Shown piece by piece: positions 26,819 through 36,129 of a stretch of 64,000 nt of DNA. Position 1 is the stretch's first letter; the number at the start of each line of letters is the position of its first letter. This DNA comes from Archangium sp. GTDB taxonomy: Bacteria; Myxococcota; Myxococcia; Myxococcales; Myxococcaceae. The DNA lies in assembly GCA_031367385.1 (NCBI GenBank), contig JANLPS010000055.1, positions 20,098 through 84,097 on the forward strand. The letters run 5' to 3'. The position numbers were made by a program, and so were the translations under genes. The notes under the pieces are model-generated. The model worked only from the letters and a program-made list of their open reading frames with translations, was not told the origin of the DNA and did no database searches.

Positions 26819-28168
26819 TCACTCAACCCCCAGTTTTTCGGTCAGCTCACCGAGCTCGAGTTTGAGCTGCGCGTCATCGCCGCGGGCTTGCTCGATTTTT
26901 CGAACGCTCGACAAGACGGTCGAGTGGTCTTTGTTGAACTTCTTGCCGATCTCCGGGAGCGAGGCCTGGGTCAGCGTGCGGCACAGATACATCGCGACCT
27001 GGCGTGCATGGGCGATGTGCTTGACCCGGCGCTCGCCGCGCAGCTCTTCGACTCCGATTTTGAAGTAGCGGGCGACCTCGCGCTGAATGTGCTCGGCGTC
27101 GAGCTCGAGGCTGACGGGGATGATGTCTTTGAGCACCTGCGCGCACAGCTCTTCGGTGAGCGGCTGGCCCGTGAGCGCATGCACCGCGGTCACTTTGATC
27201 AGCGCACCTTCGAGCTCTCGCACGTTGTGCACCACCGAGCGGGCGATGAAGTTGGCGACTTTGTCGGTGAGATTGACGCCATCTCGCTCGGCCTTCTTCT
27301 TCAAGATCGCGACGCGGGCCTCGTAGTTCGGCTCGTGCACGTCGGTGATCAGACCCATCGCGAAGCGGCTGCGCAGTCGATCTTCGAGGCCGGGTATCTC
27401 GGAGACCACCATGTCGGAGGTCATCACCACGGCCTTCGACATCTGGTGCAGTGCATTGAACGTGTAGAAGAACTCGTTCTGGGTCTCTTGCTTCTTACCC
27501 AAGAACTGAATGTCGTCGATCAGCAGCACGTCGCACTCTTCGCGAAACCGGCGCCGAAATTCGGTCATGCGGTGGTCGCGAACCGACTCGATGAAGGCAT
27601 TGGTGAACTCTTCGCTCGACAGGTAAACGACCCGCATCGCCGGGTTGTTGGCCACCACGGTGTTGCCGATGGCGTGGAGCAGATGCGTCTTGCCCAGCCC
27701 CGTGCCCCCGTAGATGAAGAGCGGGTTGTAGGCCTTGCCTGGGTTGTCGGCGACCGCAGCAGCGGCGGCGGCGGGCAGCTGGTTCGAATCAGAAACAACG
27801 TAGGTATCGAAGGTGAACTTCTCGTTCAGGCGCCGGAGCTGCCGAACCTGGTTCACTGGGGGTGCAGGTGGCAAAGCCGCCCGCGAGCTGGGCCGCTCGA
27901 GCTTCTGGTAGACCACTTTGGTCGGTTGCCCGATCACCTGGGCCAACGCCGAACCCAGCAGAACCCCATAGTGTTCGTCGACCCAATCGCGAAAAAACAG
28001 GTCATCGACGCCAAGCGTCAACGCGCCCTCGCCGAAGCTCAAAGGGCTCAGTTGCATCAGCTGCGAAACGACGTAGGCCTGCCCCTCGCGCCGAAGCACA
28101 TCGAGCGAGTTCTCCCATATATTTCGGGCATTTAGAGGCACGCCAGCCAGGTCGACGGAAGCGGTCAA
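26819..28168 (-). CDS. dnaA: chromosomal replication initiator DnaA
   Basis: YNPLFIYGGTGLGKTHLL, LLIDDIQF, RLRSRF, NVRELEGAL, LPEIG..F.KDHSTV. Confidence 0.97.
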   Translation of the reverse strand: MTASVDLAGVPLNARNIWENSLDVLRREGQAYVVSQLMQLSPLSFGEGALTLGVDDLFFRDWVDEHYGVLLGSALAQVIGQPTKVVYQKLERPSSRAALPPAPPVNQVRQLRRLNEKFTFDTYVVSDSNQLPAAAAAAVADNPGKAYNPLFIYGGTGLGKTHLLHAIGNTVVANNPAMRVVYLSSEEFTNAFIESVRDHRMTEFRRRFREECDVLLIDDIQFLGKKQETQNEFFYTFNALHQMSKAVVMTSDMVVSEIPGLEDRLRSRFAMGLITDVHEPNYEARVAILKKKAERDGVNLTDKVANFIARSVVHNVRELEGALIKVTAVHALTGQPLTEELCAQVLKDIIPVSLELDAEHIQREVARYFKIGVEELRGERRVKHIAHARQVAMYLCRTLTQASLPEIGKKFNKDHSTVLSSVRKIEQARGDDAQLKLELGELTEKLGVE

Positions 28169-28554
28169 GGACGGTACCAGACGAGGTGAAAGGGGGCGGC
28201 GACGAAGGGGACGGGCCTCTTACAGAGGCATATTTTGAGGATCAATCACTTTTCGCAACCGTACGATACTCAAATGCTTTTTGGCACTTTTCGAGCCTGT
28301 GGAAGATGATCGCAAATGACTTGGTGACGCTTTGCGTGTGACGCCCCTGAGACGTGACTCACAGTACGTGTTTCCGCAAAATGCAAAGGGCCGATGCAGG
28401 GCTGCAATTGTCCACATCTTCCCGCCCGCTGGGGCGGCTTTTCCACATGTCCACAGGGTTTTCCACAGCCTGTGGAGAGGGTTTTCCACAGCCTGTGGAG
28501 AGTGTTTTCCACAGCCACTTCGGGTGCTTGTGGAAGTTCGTTATAGAGCCGCGC
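28169..28554. other. putative replication origin oriC
   Basis: AT-rich tract near 28220-28330; at least 9 DnaA-box-like 9-mers (TTGTCCACA 28408; TTTTCCACA 28439/28459/28482/28505; ATGTCCACA 28447; reverse boxes 28298/28471/28494/28529). Confidence 0.8.
28458..28516. repeat. 23-bp tandem repeat of paired DnaA boxes
   Basis: GTTTTCCACAGCCTGTGGAGAG[G/T], about 2.5 copies. Confidence 0.85.
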
Positions 28555-29667
28555 GTGCAGCTGCTGTCGTTGACCTATGAGCGCTTCAGAAACCTCGAGC
28601 AGGTGACGCTCGAGCCTTCGGCGCGCGCGACGATCGCGGTGGGTGAGAACGGCCAGGGCAAGACCAACCTGCTTGAGGGCCTCTACTTTCTGGCGACGCT
28701 CAAGGCCTTGCGGGCGAACCGGCTGGCCGAATTGATTCGCTTCGGAGCCGAGACAGCGCGGGTGTCAGGGCGGTTTCGATTGCAGGGGGCCGAGCGAGAC
28801 ATCAGCGTCGACATCTTGCCCAAGAGCCGGGCGGCGTTCGTCGATGGCAAGCGCGCCCCTTCGCTCGAGGCCTACTTCGGGGGCGTTTCGGTGGTGGCCT
28901 TCACGCCCGATGACCTGGCAGTGGTGAAGGGCGGGCCCGAGGGTCGCCGGCTGTTTCTCGACCGCACGGTCTTCAACCGTTTTCCGGCCTACTTGCAGGA
29001 GAGCCGCGAGTACGCGCGGGCGCTCAAGAGCCGCAACCGCCTGCTCAAAGAGAACGCGCCGCACGCCCACCTCGCCGCGTGGGACGCGACGCTGGCTCGC
29101 TCTGGCGCCCGGTTGTGGGCCCGGCGGCGCGCGCTGCTGGTCGAGCTCACCGGGCGAGTGCACGCCGCGTTCGAGAAGATCGGCCGCACCGAGATGCCGG
29201 CGGCCTTCGAGTACTCGCCTGCGCACCTCGAAGGCGTCTCGTTTTCGGCCGCGAGTGAAGACGAGCTCGCCCAGGCGCTCGCGGCGCAGCTCGATTCGCG
29301 GCTGCCCCGAGACGCCGAGCGCGGGTTTACCTCGGTTGGCCCACATGCAGACGACCTCGACATCGCCTTGGGTGACCACTCGGCAAGACAGTACGCGTCG
29401 CAAGGCCAGGCCCGGGCCCTGGTGCTCGCGTGGAAGGTGGCGGAGATCGAGAACCTGCACGCCACCAACGGGTTTCTCCCCCTGCTGTTGCTCGACGATG
29501 TCTCGAGCGAGCTCGACCCTGAGCGCAACGCGTTCTTGATGAACTACCTGGCGGAGTCGGGTGCGCAGACCTTCTTGACCACCACCGATGCAGGCCTGGT
29601 GCAGCGTGCGGCTGGCGCCGACACCGTGTGGTACAACGTGCGGCAAGGTCTCGCGTCGAGGCAGTGA
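28555..29667 (+). CDS. recF: DNA replication/repair protein RecF
   Basis: FRN, GENGQGKTNLLE, GGPEGRR.FLD, GPH.DDL, SQGQ, LLLDDVSSELD; GTG start 28555. Confidence 0.96.
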   Translation: MQLLSLTYERFRNLEQVTLEPSARATIAVGENGQGKTNLLEGLYFLATLKALRANRLAELIRFGAETARVSGRFRLQGAERDISVDILPKSRAAFVDGKRAPSLEAYFGGVSVVAFTPDDLAVVKGGPEGRRLFLDRTVFNRFPAYLQESREYARALKSRNRLLKENAPHAHLAAWDATLARSGARLWARRRALLVELTGRVHAAFEKIGRTEMPAAFEYSPAHLEGVSFSAASEDELAQALAAQLDSRLPRDAERGFTSVGPHADDLDIALGDHSARQYASQGQARALVLAWKVAEIENLHATNGFLPLLLLDDVSSELDPERNAFLMNYLAESGAQTFLTTTDAGLVQRAAGADTVWYNVRQGLASRQ

Positions 29668-29700
29668 CTTCGCTGAACGCTTCGGGCGACACTGCGGCCC

Positions 29701-30036
29701 ATGGTTCACAAACGCCGGGTGCCCCGCTTCATCTGCCAAGCCCGCATCTCTGGAGCCGGCGTCGTGGGGATGTTGATTCGCGGCGAAGTGCGCGACGTGT
29801 CGGCGACGGGGTTGTGTCTCTCGACCTCGCTGCCCGTGCAAAAAGGCCAGACGCTGCATCTGCGCTTCGAGCTGCCCACCGGCCTGGTCGAAGCCGTCGG
29901 TGAAGTGCGCTGGGTGGTGAAGAAGAAGGGCAAGCCGAGCGATTTGGGCATTCGCTTCGTTCGAATACCGATCACGGCGACCCGGGTCATCGACGCTGCG
30001 CTCAACGCTGATCAGGCGCTCGAAGCGGCGGTCTAG
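29701..30036 (+). CDS. PilZ domain protein
   Basis: KRRVPR and DVSATG c-di-GMP motifs; GIRF. Confidence 0.88.
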   Translation: MVHKRRVPRFICQARISGAGVVGMLIRGEVRDVSATGLCLSTSLPVQKGQTLHLRFELPTGLVEAVGEVRWVVKKKGKPSDLGIRFVRIPITATRVIDAALNADQALEAAV

Positions 30037-30659
30037 TCGCAGGTGCCGCCGAGCTGGGCGGTGGCCGAGAGCAGCTTGAACGTCAGCTTGAAGCTCGCCT
30101 CGAAGCAGGTGTCGGCGCTGCACGAGCCACGGCCGAACGCGCGCATCACCGTCGGCCTGCAGGTGTTGATCAACCGGCGGAGGTGATCAGTCTCCTGCTG
30201 CTCGACGGCATCGAGGCAGGCGTTGAGCTTGACGAAGACATCGGTGCCGTCGGCGACGTCGATGGTGGGCTGAGGGCAGATGACGAAGAGGCTCTGCTTC
30301 GAGGCGTCGGCGCAGGTGAGCTCGATGTCGAACTGGCTCAAGGTGACCTTGCCGCGCGGCTCGGTGCAGCCTGAGCCTGGGGCGAGGCTCAGCACCTCGG
30401 CGACCAGGTCGATCTTCGCGGTTTTCAAGCACCCGTTCGAGGTGTCGAGGCCGGCCTCTTTGGCCAGCGCGGCGAAGTCGATGCTCGAGCTGCCGAAAGG
30501 CTCATTGGTGCAGACCGAGGTGGTGTCGACCTTGGTGGCGACGGTCGTCGAGACCGCGTGGGGCTTGACGGTGACTTCGACCGCGCCACAGCCGCAGGCG
30601 ACGAGCACGACACTGCTGGCGAGAAGGGCGCGCACCACCCTACAGTTAGACCAGCTCAC
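30033..30659 (-). CDS. hypothetical Cys-rich lipoprotein
   Basis: VVLVA-C-GC signal; many Cys; 4-nt overlap with upstream gene. Confidence 0.65.
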   Translation of the reverse strand: MSWSNCRVVRALLASSVVLVACGCGAVEVTVKPHAVSTTVATKVDTTSVCTNEPFGSSSIDFAALAKEAGLDTSNGCLKTAKIDLVAEVLSLAPGSGCTEPRGKVTLSQFDIELTCADASKQSLFVICPQPTIDVADGTDVFVKLNACLDAVEQQETDHLRRLINTCRPTVMRAFGRGSCSADTCFEASFKLTFKLLSATAQLGGTCD

Positions 30660-31642
30660 TGCGCCCGGTGCCAGTGGCCCTCGAATGAAATCGCATCGGC
30701 GAGCACGAGGGTGGGCACTCCGTTGGCGACGCCGAGGGCCATCACCTGGCCAGCGGAGGCCTCGAGCGTCGACGCGAAGGCCTCGTCACCCTGCGCCCGA
30801 GCCGCCGAGATCGACAGGGCGCTCGCGGCGGTGCCAATGCCCATGATGATCGGCCCCGAGTCGACGTCTGCCTCGCGCTCGACGCCGGGCGGCCACTCGC
30901 GCAGCCCAGTGAAAGGGCCCACCCGCGCGGCCCAGGCATCGCGAAAGGTGAGCCACCAGGCGTGGCTCAACTCGGGCGCGAACTCGGCGGTGTAGCGAGT
31001 GAGAAATGCGGTGGCGCAGCCGCGCGGGTACCTCGAAGTGGGTCCAGCTCCGGTGATTTCAGAGGGCGGCAGCGTCTGTGAGGTACCCACCACGGCTTGC
31101 CAGGCGGCCGAGGGGCGATCATGAAGGTGGGTACGATGCGAGCGGTCGTAGCGCGCGAGGCTGGCGATGGTTGCCGACTGATCAGCCGGCCAGCGCGCCG
31201 ACGCCGTGGCGTACGAAGGTGCGTGAGCGTGCTTGTCGGCCAATGACATCGCGGCGAGGCGCTCACTGAGCTGGCGGTGAATGGCTGGTGAGGGGCAGGC
31301 GCCGAGCTGATCAGCGGCTCCGTAGATCAGGTTGAGGTGCGTGAGCCAGAGGCCATCGCGAACCTCCGAGAGCGATTGAGCGGGCATCGAGCGCTGGGCA
31401 AGGTTGAGTGTGCGCTGAATGCATCGCTGGGCATTTTCACGGCGAGCGGGGTGGGTGAGGCCCTGCCCTGCACACCCATCGGCGAGGTGCGAGAGGGTGA
31501 TGATGCGAAAGCCGGCGGGGGTCGCGTCCCACGTGGCGGTGGTGAGGAGCGTATCGAGGCGCGCGGGGAGCTCGAGCGCGTCTGGGCTTCGAAGCGGAGG
31601 GCTGGTGATGGCCAGCATGACGAGGCAGATCACGATTCGCAT
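30656..31642 (-). CDS. exported hypothetical protein (alpha/alpha barrel, distantly linalool dehydratase-like)
   Basis: WPADQS, PRG, GLREWP.G...DVDSGP..GIG.AASA motifs. Confidence 0.6.
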   Translation of the reverse strand: MRIVICLVMLAITSPPLRSPDALELPARLDTLLTTATWDATPAGFRIITLSHLADGCAGQGLTHPARRENAQRCIQRTLNLAQRSMPAQSLSEVRDGLWLTHLNLIYGAADQLGACPSPAIHRQLSERLAAMSLADKHAHAPSYATASARWPADQSATIASLARYDRSHRTHLHDRPSAAWQAVVGTSQTLPPSEITGAGPTSRYPRGCATAFLTRYTAEFAPELSHAWWLTFRDAWAARVGPFTGLREWPPGVEREADVDSGPIIMGIGTAASALSISAARAQGDEAFASTLEASAGQVMALGVANGVPTLVLADAISFEGHWHRAQ

Positions 31643-31790
31643 GGGCGGCACTGTGTCGGCGGGCGCTCACGAGCGGTGTCGGTCGCGCCCGAACGGTCGC
31701 TCAGCGTGGTTCGACGGTCTGAATCGATAGCCGAATCAGTGGGTTACATTGCTCTTGAAACTTCGGTCGCGGGAGATTCATGTCTGCGCC

Positions 31791-32198
31791 ATGCGACTGA
31801 TCATCGGGCTGGTGCTTGGGATGCTGTGTTCGGGGTGCATGGCGTCGCCGTTGTCAGCGCCTCCGGTGAAGAGAATCGCTCACGAGACGATCAGCGCGTC
31901 GGTGTCGCTCGGTCGCGAGGCCGTCGTGCGCGGGTGCAGCAGGGTCACGCACGCCGCGCCGCTCGACCTGAGCCTCGAGGGCGTCGGTTCACGCTTCGTG
32001 GGAGCGCTGAGCGATCAGACGTCGCTCGATGAGGTCGCGCAGGCCAAGGCGCACGAGGTCACTGCGCTTGTTCGCCACCTGTCGTTCAAGTGGCGCAAGG
32101 CCAAACCGGCGTTGACGCGCGCGATGGCGGCCACTGCTCGGGTCGAGCTCAAGGCCTTGTGCGCGAAGGTCGCGCCGGCCGAGAGCTGCTGGGCCTGA
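31791..32198 (+). CDS. hypothetical lipoprotein
   Basis: MRLIIGLVLGMLCSG-C lipobox. Confidence 0.55.
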   Translation: MRLIIGLVLGMLCSGCMASPLSAPPVKRIAHETISASVSLGREAVVRGCSRVTHAAPLDLSLEGVGSRFVGALSDQTSLDEVAQAKAHEVTALVRHLSFKWRKAKPALTRAMAATARVELKALCAKVAPAESCWA

Positions 32199-32201
32199 CA
32201 G

Positions 32202-32282
32202 AAAAAAGGGGACAGGCTGGTTTTCAGTCACAGGGCGACACGGGCAAGCGGGGTGACCGAAAACCAGCCTGTCCCCTTTTTT
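32202..32282. repeat. 81-bp palindrome (REP/MITE-like), likely bidirectional terminator
   Basis: 30-bp arms AAAAAAGGGGACAGGCTGGTTTTCAGTCAC with 29/30 complementarity, 21-nt loop, between convergent genes. Confidence 0.85.
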
Positions 32283-33932
32283 TTAGGGGCTCAGGTCGCG
32301 CTCGAGCTTCACCAAGGCGACGGTTGCCGCATCTTGGCCGCATTCTGGTTTTCGTGGCTGGGCCTTGAGCGCCTCGAGCGGAGCCACGGCCTGAGCGCTG
32401 CGCAGCTCTCCCAGCCGCTTGGCTGCGACGCTTCGAATCGCGCAGTCTTTGCTGCCCAACGCCTCGATGTAGAGCTGCGGTAACGGCAGCCCCTGACCCG
32501 CAAACTGCAAATCAACGAAGCGCAGCGCGCCCCATTGATCCCAACTCGGGGGCCGGCGGGCGAAGTCTTGGAGCACCGGCAGCACCTGCGCCTTGGGCCA
32601 CTTCTCGAGCAGCTTTCGCGGTCGCGGGTCTTTGAGCTCATTGCGACCGAAATCATCGGCGGCGGCCTGCACCGCTGACGCCTCGAGCTCGACCTCGGCC
32701 GGCACGCTCTCGAACAGCTTGCGCGCGTCTTCCAACCGGCCCACCTGGTACAGCGCGGTCGCCTTCAACATCTTCAGCGGCCACCCAGGCGCCTCGCCAC
32801 CGGCGTCGTCGATGATCTGCAGCGCTTCGCTCCCCCGCCCCGCTTCGACCAGCCGGCGAGCACGTCGCTCGGGCTGGTTCCACACCAGCAGGGCGCTCAC
32901 CGCCCCGACCGCGAGTAAGATCGCAAACGCCAGCAGCCCCGCTTTTTGCGCCTGCCCGAAGGCCGAGCGTGGGGCCTCGTCTGGGGGCGTGAGCGCGTGG
33001 GCCTCCATCAGCGACGAGAGCGTCTTGGCCAGGGGTATCGGCGCGATGGTCAGCCGGTCGATGACCTCTTGCGCCGTCTGCGGCCGCGCCTCTGGCCGCT
33101 TCGCCAGCATCGAGCTCACCAGATCAACCATGCGGGGGAAACTCTCGAGGTGGGGCGCGACCAAAGTCAACGCGCGAGGCTCGGCGTGAATGTGCTGGCT
33201 GACGAACTCGCTGGGCGAAGGGCCGCTGAACGGGTGCGCTCCGGTCAACATGCGATAGGCCAGAACCCCCAGTGAATACACATCACTGCGAGCATCGAGC
33301 GGTTGACCCATCGCCTGCTCGGGCGACATGTACTCGGGCGTACCCAGCACGAACCCCACCTGCGTCACGTGGCTGCCCTCGTCAGGGGCCGCGAGCCGCG
33401 CGATGCCGAAGTCGAGCAGCCGGGCGGTCTCGATGCCCTGGGTGTTCTTCGAAAGCGTCACGTTGTCGGGCTTGAGGTCGCGATGAACGATGCCGCGCTC
33501 GTGAATGGCGCTCAAGCCGTGCGCCAGCTGCAAGATGATCGCCTCGGTGCGCTCGATCGATAGCGGCGCTTCACGCTGCATCACCGACTCGAGCGATTCG
33601 CCCTCGACGAGCTCCATCACAAGGCAGGCCGACAAACCGTGGTGGCCGAAGTCGATGACCCTCACGACTCCCGGGTGCTCGACCGACGACAACAGCAGCG
33701 CCTCGCGACGAAACCGCTCACCGACGTTGGCGGTCAGCGGCAAGTCTTCGCGCAACACTTTGAGCGCGACCTTGCGACCGAGCGACACCTGCTCGGCCAG
33801 ATACACCAGGCCCATGCCGCCACCGCCCAGGAGCTTCTCGACGCGAAAGCGCCCATCGAGCACCAGGGTGCCCGCGGTCAGCCCGGGTTGGGCGGCGAGG
33901 TGGGTGTGTGCCAGGGTGGCCTCGGGCTGCAT
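32283..33932 (-). CDS. Ser/Thr protein kinase with TM and helical-repeat C-terminus
   Basis: LGGGGMG, VALK, HRDLKPDN, DFG, GTPEYMSPEQ; TM; TPR/HEAT-like tail. Confidence 0.94.
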   Translation of the reverse strand: MQPEATLAHTHLAAQPGLTAGTLVLDGRFRVEKLLGGGGMGLVYLAEQVSLGRKVALKVLREDLPLTANVGERFRREALLLSSVEHPGVVRVIDFGHHGLSACLVMELVEGESLESVMQREAPLSIERTEAIILQLAHGLSAIHERGIVHRDLKPDNVTLSKNTQGIETARLLDFGIARLAAPDEGSHVTQVGFVLGTPEYMSPEQAMGQPLDARSDVYSLGVLAYRMLTGAHPFSGPSPSEFVSQHIHAEPRALTLVAPHLESFPRMVDLVSSMLAKRPEARPQTAQEVIDRLTIAPIPLAKTLSSLMEAHALTPPDEAPRSAFGQAQKAGLLAFAILLAVGAVSALLVWNQPERRARRLVEAGRGSEALQIIDDAGGEAPGWPLKMLKATALYQVGRLEDARKLFESVPAEVELEASAVQAAADDFGRNELKDPRPRKLLEKWPKAQVLPVLQDFARRPPSWDQWGALRFVDLQFAGQGLPLPQLYIEALGSKDCAIRSVAAKRLGELRSAQAVAPLEALKAQPRKPECGQDAATVALVKLERDLSP

Positions 33933-33960
33933 TTCGCTCTCTTCTATCTGGTTTGCTTCG

Positions 33961-34413
33961 TCACAATTCAACCCGAATGGCGCACTTCACCGAACGCGCC
34001 AGGAAACACGATTCATGCGCGCGATGGTGCAGCTTCTCGAGCACCTGCCGCTCGGGCATGACCGCCGCGGTCACCTTGGGTCGCAGCACGACTTGCGTCA
34101 TCGACCACCACCCCTGAGGGTCGGCCTCGAGCAGCCCTGAGGCCTCGTCGGCATACGAGTCAAGCTCGAGGCCTTCTTGCGCGGCGAAGGCCAAAAACCA
34201 GAGCATGTGACAGCTCGAGAGCGCCGCGACGAAGCCCTCTTCAGGGTCGACGGCGGCTTCGGTCGAGAGCGGCGTCGGCACCCGCAGTGGAGAAGCTGAG
34301 GCGACGACGGTGGTGCCTCCATCGAATTTCCACACATGCTCGCGGCGATATTGGCTGTCGCGAAAAGACGAATCACCGCGTACCCATTGAATGGTGGCCG
34401 TGTGCGTGCTCAT
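33961..34413 (-). CDS. OsmC/Ohr family protein
   Basis: DPEE.FVAALSSCHML, AHESCF.ARSV. Confidence 0.92.
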   Translation of the reverse strand: MSTHTATIQWVRGDSSFRDSQYRREHVWKFDGGTTVVASASPLRVPTPLSTEAAVDPEEGFVAALSSCHMLWFLAFAAQEGLELDSYADEASGLLEADPQGWWSMTQVVLRPKVTAAVMPERQVLEKLHHRAHESCFLARSVKCAIRVEL

Positions 34414-34496
34414 GGCCTCCTGCGATGCTCTCTTCGGCCGAGCGCGTCAAGCGAGCTGAGTTGCAATTGAGCAGGCAGGTGAGACATGACGTTCTC

Positions 34497-35681
34497 GTGT
34501 CTCGAATCCTCGGTCTTCTGCTGTGTCTGTCGCCCTCACTGGCCTGGTGTTGGGGGTTCACGGGGCACCGCATGCTCGCCAAGCACCTGCAAGACCCGTT
34601 GCCTGCCAATTCGTGTTTGCGCCAGTGGTACCAGGCGCACCAGGCCTTCGTTTGGCAAGACCACGCCTGCGACCCCGACCGGTGGAGAACGGGTGACAGC
34701 GCTGCTGGGCCCTTCGACCCGAACGAAGCCCCGAGGCATTTCTTGGAGATCGACTGGGCGCAACCCGTCTCATCGTACCCGCGCGACTACGCGGCGGCGC
34801 AGGTGCAGTTCGGCCAGTACGTCATTCGCAATGGTCAGGTGCCGTGGCGGGTCGAGCAGATGTACGGCGTGCTGGTGAACGCGTTTCGCTCGGGCGACCA
34901 GAACGCGATCTTGAACAATACGTTTTGGCTCTCGCACTACGTGACCGATTCGTTTTCGCTGCTCCACGACACCGAAAACTTCGACCCGAATAGCGGCCTC
35001 CATTCTCGGTGGGAGTCAGACATGATGGGCGTGTCGTCGAACTTGAATGCGATTCAGGACCTGGCCGCGACGCTGTACGGCACGCCGGGCATTGCTGACG
35101 CGAAGAACAACATCTTCGACTGCGTGATCGTCGGCAACGGCCTGGTGCCGCAGCTGATTGCAGCCGACCGAGCGGCCAGCGGCGATGGCGGTGTGTACGA
35201 CAAAGACACCTACAAGCTGCCGGTGCTCTTCGACTTATCGAAAGATTTTACGGCTCGACGCTGGGCCGATGCAGAGACGGTGTTGGCATCTCTGATCTGG
35301 ACGGCGTGGGCCCAGGCCGGCAGCCCCGAGCTGCTCGGCGCCGACGGCGGGTTCTCGAGCACATGCTCACGCGCGCCGCCCAGCGGTGAAATCGTCATTC
35401 GCGGCTTTCCAGTGCCTGGGGGGTTCACGCACCCAGGCGATGGGGGCGTGGTGTTTCCTCCGCGTGATGCGGGCATGCCGCAGGTGGGCACCGATTCGGG
35501 CGTCGACGTGCCCGACGCAGGCTCGACCGACGGCGGCGCAGGGGGTGGCCAGGGTGGAGGCAGTGGCGGCGGCGGCGGAGATCAACCCCCCGTGGGATGC
35601 GGCTGCTCGCAACTCGAAAGCTCAGCGCTGCTGCTCGGAGCTTTGGCGATGGTGCTTCGTCGCCGACGTCACTTGGCGTGA
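34497..35681 (+). CDS. S1/P1 nuclease / Zn phospholipase C family protein with MYXO-CTERM anchor
   Basis: Signal then WGFTGH, PD.W, HF..D, HYVTD...LH, LHSRWE; GCGCS-TM-RRRR tail. Confidence 0.85.
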   Translation: MSRILGLLLCLSPSLAWCWGFTGHRMLAKHLQDPLPANSCLRQWYQAHQAFVWQDHACDPDRWRTGDSAAGPFDPNEAPRHFLEIDWAQPVSSYPRDYAAAQVQFGQYVIRNGQVPWRVEQMYGVLVNAFRSGDQNAILNNTFWLSHYVTDSFSLLHDTENFDPNSGLHSRWESDMMGVSSNLNAIQDLAATLYGTPGIADAKNNIFDCVIVGNGLVPQLIAADRAASGDGGVYDKDTYKLPVLFDLSKDFTARRWADAETVLASLIWTAWAQAGSPELLGADGGFSSTCSRAPPSGEIVIRGFPVPGGFTHPGDGGVVFPPRDAGMPQVGTDSGVDVPDAGSTDGGAGGGQGGGSGGGGGDQPPVGCGCSQLESSALLLGALAMVLRRRRHLA

Positions 35682-36121
35682 GAGCCTTCGCGCTGGTGAG
35701 TTGTCTGGTGCTCTGTGCCTGCCGCGATGGAGGCGAGCTTCACTACGAGCAGGCGCGACGAATTCACACGCAGTTGGTGTCGAAAGCGGAGCACCCGACC
35801 TCGCCTGCGTTCGACGCCGTGCTCAATGAGCTCAAGCAGGTGCCTGCAGATTCGAAGCGGTTTGCCGATGCGCAGCGGTTGCGAACGGCGATTGAAGCCG
35901 TGCGGTCTCCCGTGAGGCGACCCCTGGCGGTGGCGCACCGCGATGACGCGACGCTGCCTCCAGAAGTGGCGGCACAGGCGAGGGCGTGCGCGGCGCTCGC
36001 GCAAATGATGGGGCGCGATGGCGGAGCGACTGCTTCAGCGATGAAGGCCCTCGATGATTGCAGGGCGAGGGTCGATGCGCTCGACGAGGCCGCGGCGCAC
36101 CGCGAAGAACCGCCGCCGTAA
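35678..36121 (+). CDS. hypothetical lipoprotein
   Basis: GTG start overlapping upstream stop; VLCA-C lipobox. Confidence 0.65.
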   Translation: MRAFALVSCLVLCACRDGGELHYEQARRIHTQLVSKAEHPTSPAFDAVLNELKQVPADSKRFADAQRLRTAIEAVRSPVRRPLAVAHRDDATLPPEVAAQARACAALAQMMGRDGGATASAMKALDDCRARVDALDEAAAHREEPPP

Positions 36122-36129
36122 TCGGGCGC

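Noticed and set aside
28458..28516. Direct repeats as a CRISPR array
   Set aside because: The units are contiguous with no unique spacers, consist of DnaA boxes, and no cas genes are present.
28354..28554. 67-aa N-terminal extension of RecF in the ORF track
   Set aside because: It runs through the DnaA-box array; RecF similarity begins at GTG 28555.
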